DNA from: Candidatus Wukongarchaeum yapensis
GTDB taxonomy: Archaea > Asgardarchaeota > Wukongarchaeia > Wukongarchaeales > Wukongarchaeaceae
Length of the DNA: 6,519 bases
NCBI GenBank assembly: GCA_016840425.1
Contig: JAEOSI010000131.1
Span: forward strand, 1 to 6,519
Direction: 5' to 3'
Part shown: piece by piece, positions 5,684 to 6,519 of the stretch
How positions within the stretch are numbered: position 1 is the first letter of the stretch
How the letters are laid out: every line of letters starts with the position of its first letter
The notes under the pieces: model-generated
Told to the model about the DNA's origin: nothing
The model's database searches: none
The model's input: only the letters and a program-made list of their open reading frames with translations
Made by a program: the position numbers and the translations under genes

Positions 5684-6103
5684 ATGGAAAGATCACAGTG
5701 GATTCTTCTTGGGGCGCTAATCTTTGGTCTGTCAAGTATTGCATGTGGTTTCGACATGTTAAACAGAGCTGAAGAAGGGGAATCTTATACCGTTAATCAG
5801 TATTTTCATCCGATCACGGGCATAATTTTTGTTCTTCTGCTCAGTATCTATTTTTATCCTTTTGTACAAGAGCGGTTTGATATTGAGAATATGGAGACGC
5901 GAACATGGTTGCTTTCTGGATTTGGAGCGCTAATTTTTGGATTGGGAAGTATTGGATGTGCTTTCGACATGTTAGACAGGGCTGAAGAAGGAGAATCATA
6001 CACGGTTAATCTATTTTTCCACCCGATCACGGGTATAATCTTTGTTGTTCTGCTCCTTATCTTCTTTTATCCTTTGCTACAAAAATTGATGACGAAAAAA
6101 TAA
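5684..6103 (+). CDS. Hypothetical 4-TM membrane protein, 139 aa, made of two tandem two-helix repeats
   Basis: Four hydrophobic segments (GALIFGLSSIACGF; HPITGIIFVLLLSIYFYPF; and their repeats), with its own promoter and SD. Synonymous-rich divergence between the repeats shows this frame is under selection. Confidence 0.85.
   Translation: MERSQWILLGALIFGLSSIACGFDMLNRAEEGESYTVNQYFHPITGIIFVLLLSIYFYPFVQERFDIENMETRTWLLSGFGALIFGLGSIGCAFDMLDRAEEGESYTVNLFFHPITGIIFVVLLLIFFYPLLQKLMTKK
5711..6082 (+). repeat. Intragenic duplication, period 213 nt (71 aa)
   Basis: aa 10-62 (5711-5869) vs aa 81-133 (5924-6082): 42/53 aa identical, and 13 of those 42 codons differ synonymously. Confidence 0.95.
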
Positions 6104-6119
6104 AACTTCCATTACATGG

Positions 6120-6127
6120 TTTAAATA
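6120..6127 (+). promoter_or_regulatory. TATA-like box upstream of the flavodoxin gene
   Basis: TTTAAATA, with a second CTTTAAAT at 6129-6136. SD AGGAG at 6177-6181. Confidence 0.35.
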
Positions 6128-6192
6128 TCTTTAAATTTCTATATCTGCTATTTTTTCTTATTAACTTAAGATGACTAGGAGTTGGTTTTTTG

Positions 6193-6519
6193 GTGAAAGT
6201 TTTCATTGTTTATGAGTCAAGGTATGGTAATACTAAACGTGTAGCGGAAACCATTATAGAGGGTATGAGGGAAGTTGAGGGAATGGAAACAGTTCTTAGT
6301 GTGCTCAAAGAAGTTGATCTTAATAAGATTCCCGGTTATGATGCGATTTTGGTGGGTTCTCCGAATCATTTTGGGGGGCCAACCAGAGGTGTTAAGAAGT
6401 TTATCGATAAGCTTGGGGAACTCAACTTAGAGGGAAAACTTGGTGCTGTTTTTGACACATACATTAGAAAAGATTTCGAAAAAGCGGTAAAGAAAATGGA
6501 GAAGCGAATAAAAGAAAAG
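6193..6519 (+). CDS. Flavodoxin-family protein, 3'-truncated by the window edge
   Basis: GTG 6193 (or in-frame TTG 6190) after SD AGGAG; open to the window end: MKVFIVYESRYGNTKRVAETIIEGMREVEG...YDAILVGSPNHFGGPTRGVKKFIDKL...GKLGAVFDTY. Contains the FMN phosphate loop S-x-Y-G-N-T and the 'D.I..GSP' strand. Absent from the ORF track, presumably because no stop codon falls in the window. Confidence 0.92.
   Translation, partial: MKVFIVYESRYGNTKRVAETIIEGMREVEGMETVLSVLKEVDLNKIPGYDAILVGSPNHFGGPTRGVKKFIDKLGELNLEGKLGAVFDTYIRKDFEKAVKKMEKRIKEK

Noticed and set aside
5566-5772. + strand 68-aa ORF
   Set aside because: Runs through the BRE/TATA and SD of the 5684 gene and overlaps it out of frame; no motifs.
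2723-6082. The two repeat pairs as CRISPR or mobile-element repeats
   Set aside because: Each has only two copies, is in frame within a protein gene and has no spacers; no cas or transposase genes are present.

Overview
AT-rich prokaryotic window, probably archaeal. This is an inference from BRE/TATA-like boxes about 26-30 nt upstream of starts, GGGGT/GGAGTGA-type Shine-Dalgarno (SD) sites and a stand-alone Roadblock/LC7 gene. Seven credible protein genes: GNAT acetyltransferase (-), DUF3467-like protein (-), type IIA (SERCA-like) P-type cation ATPase (+), Roadblock/LC7 protein (-), class I SAM methyltransferase (-), a 4-TM membrane protein built from an internal duplication (+), and a flavodoxin running off the right edge (+, absent from the ORF track). 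No transposase, integrase, tRNA, rRNA or CRISPR array was seen. The most interesting signals lie outside the annotation: (i) a ~155-nt GC-enriched, extensively base-paired, plus-strand RNA-like element upstream of the ATPase that matches no family I recognise; (ii) a duplicated two-helix membrane protein with conserved Cys/Met/His and an invariant acidic loop; (iii) an in-frame 63-bp tandem duplication of the ATPase nucleotide-binding motif; (iv) a probable deletion scar at 499-607 containing the 5' end of an ABC permease gene; (v) a likely frameshifted Roadblock start. All family calls come from motif recognition by eye, with no database searches.
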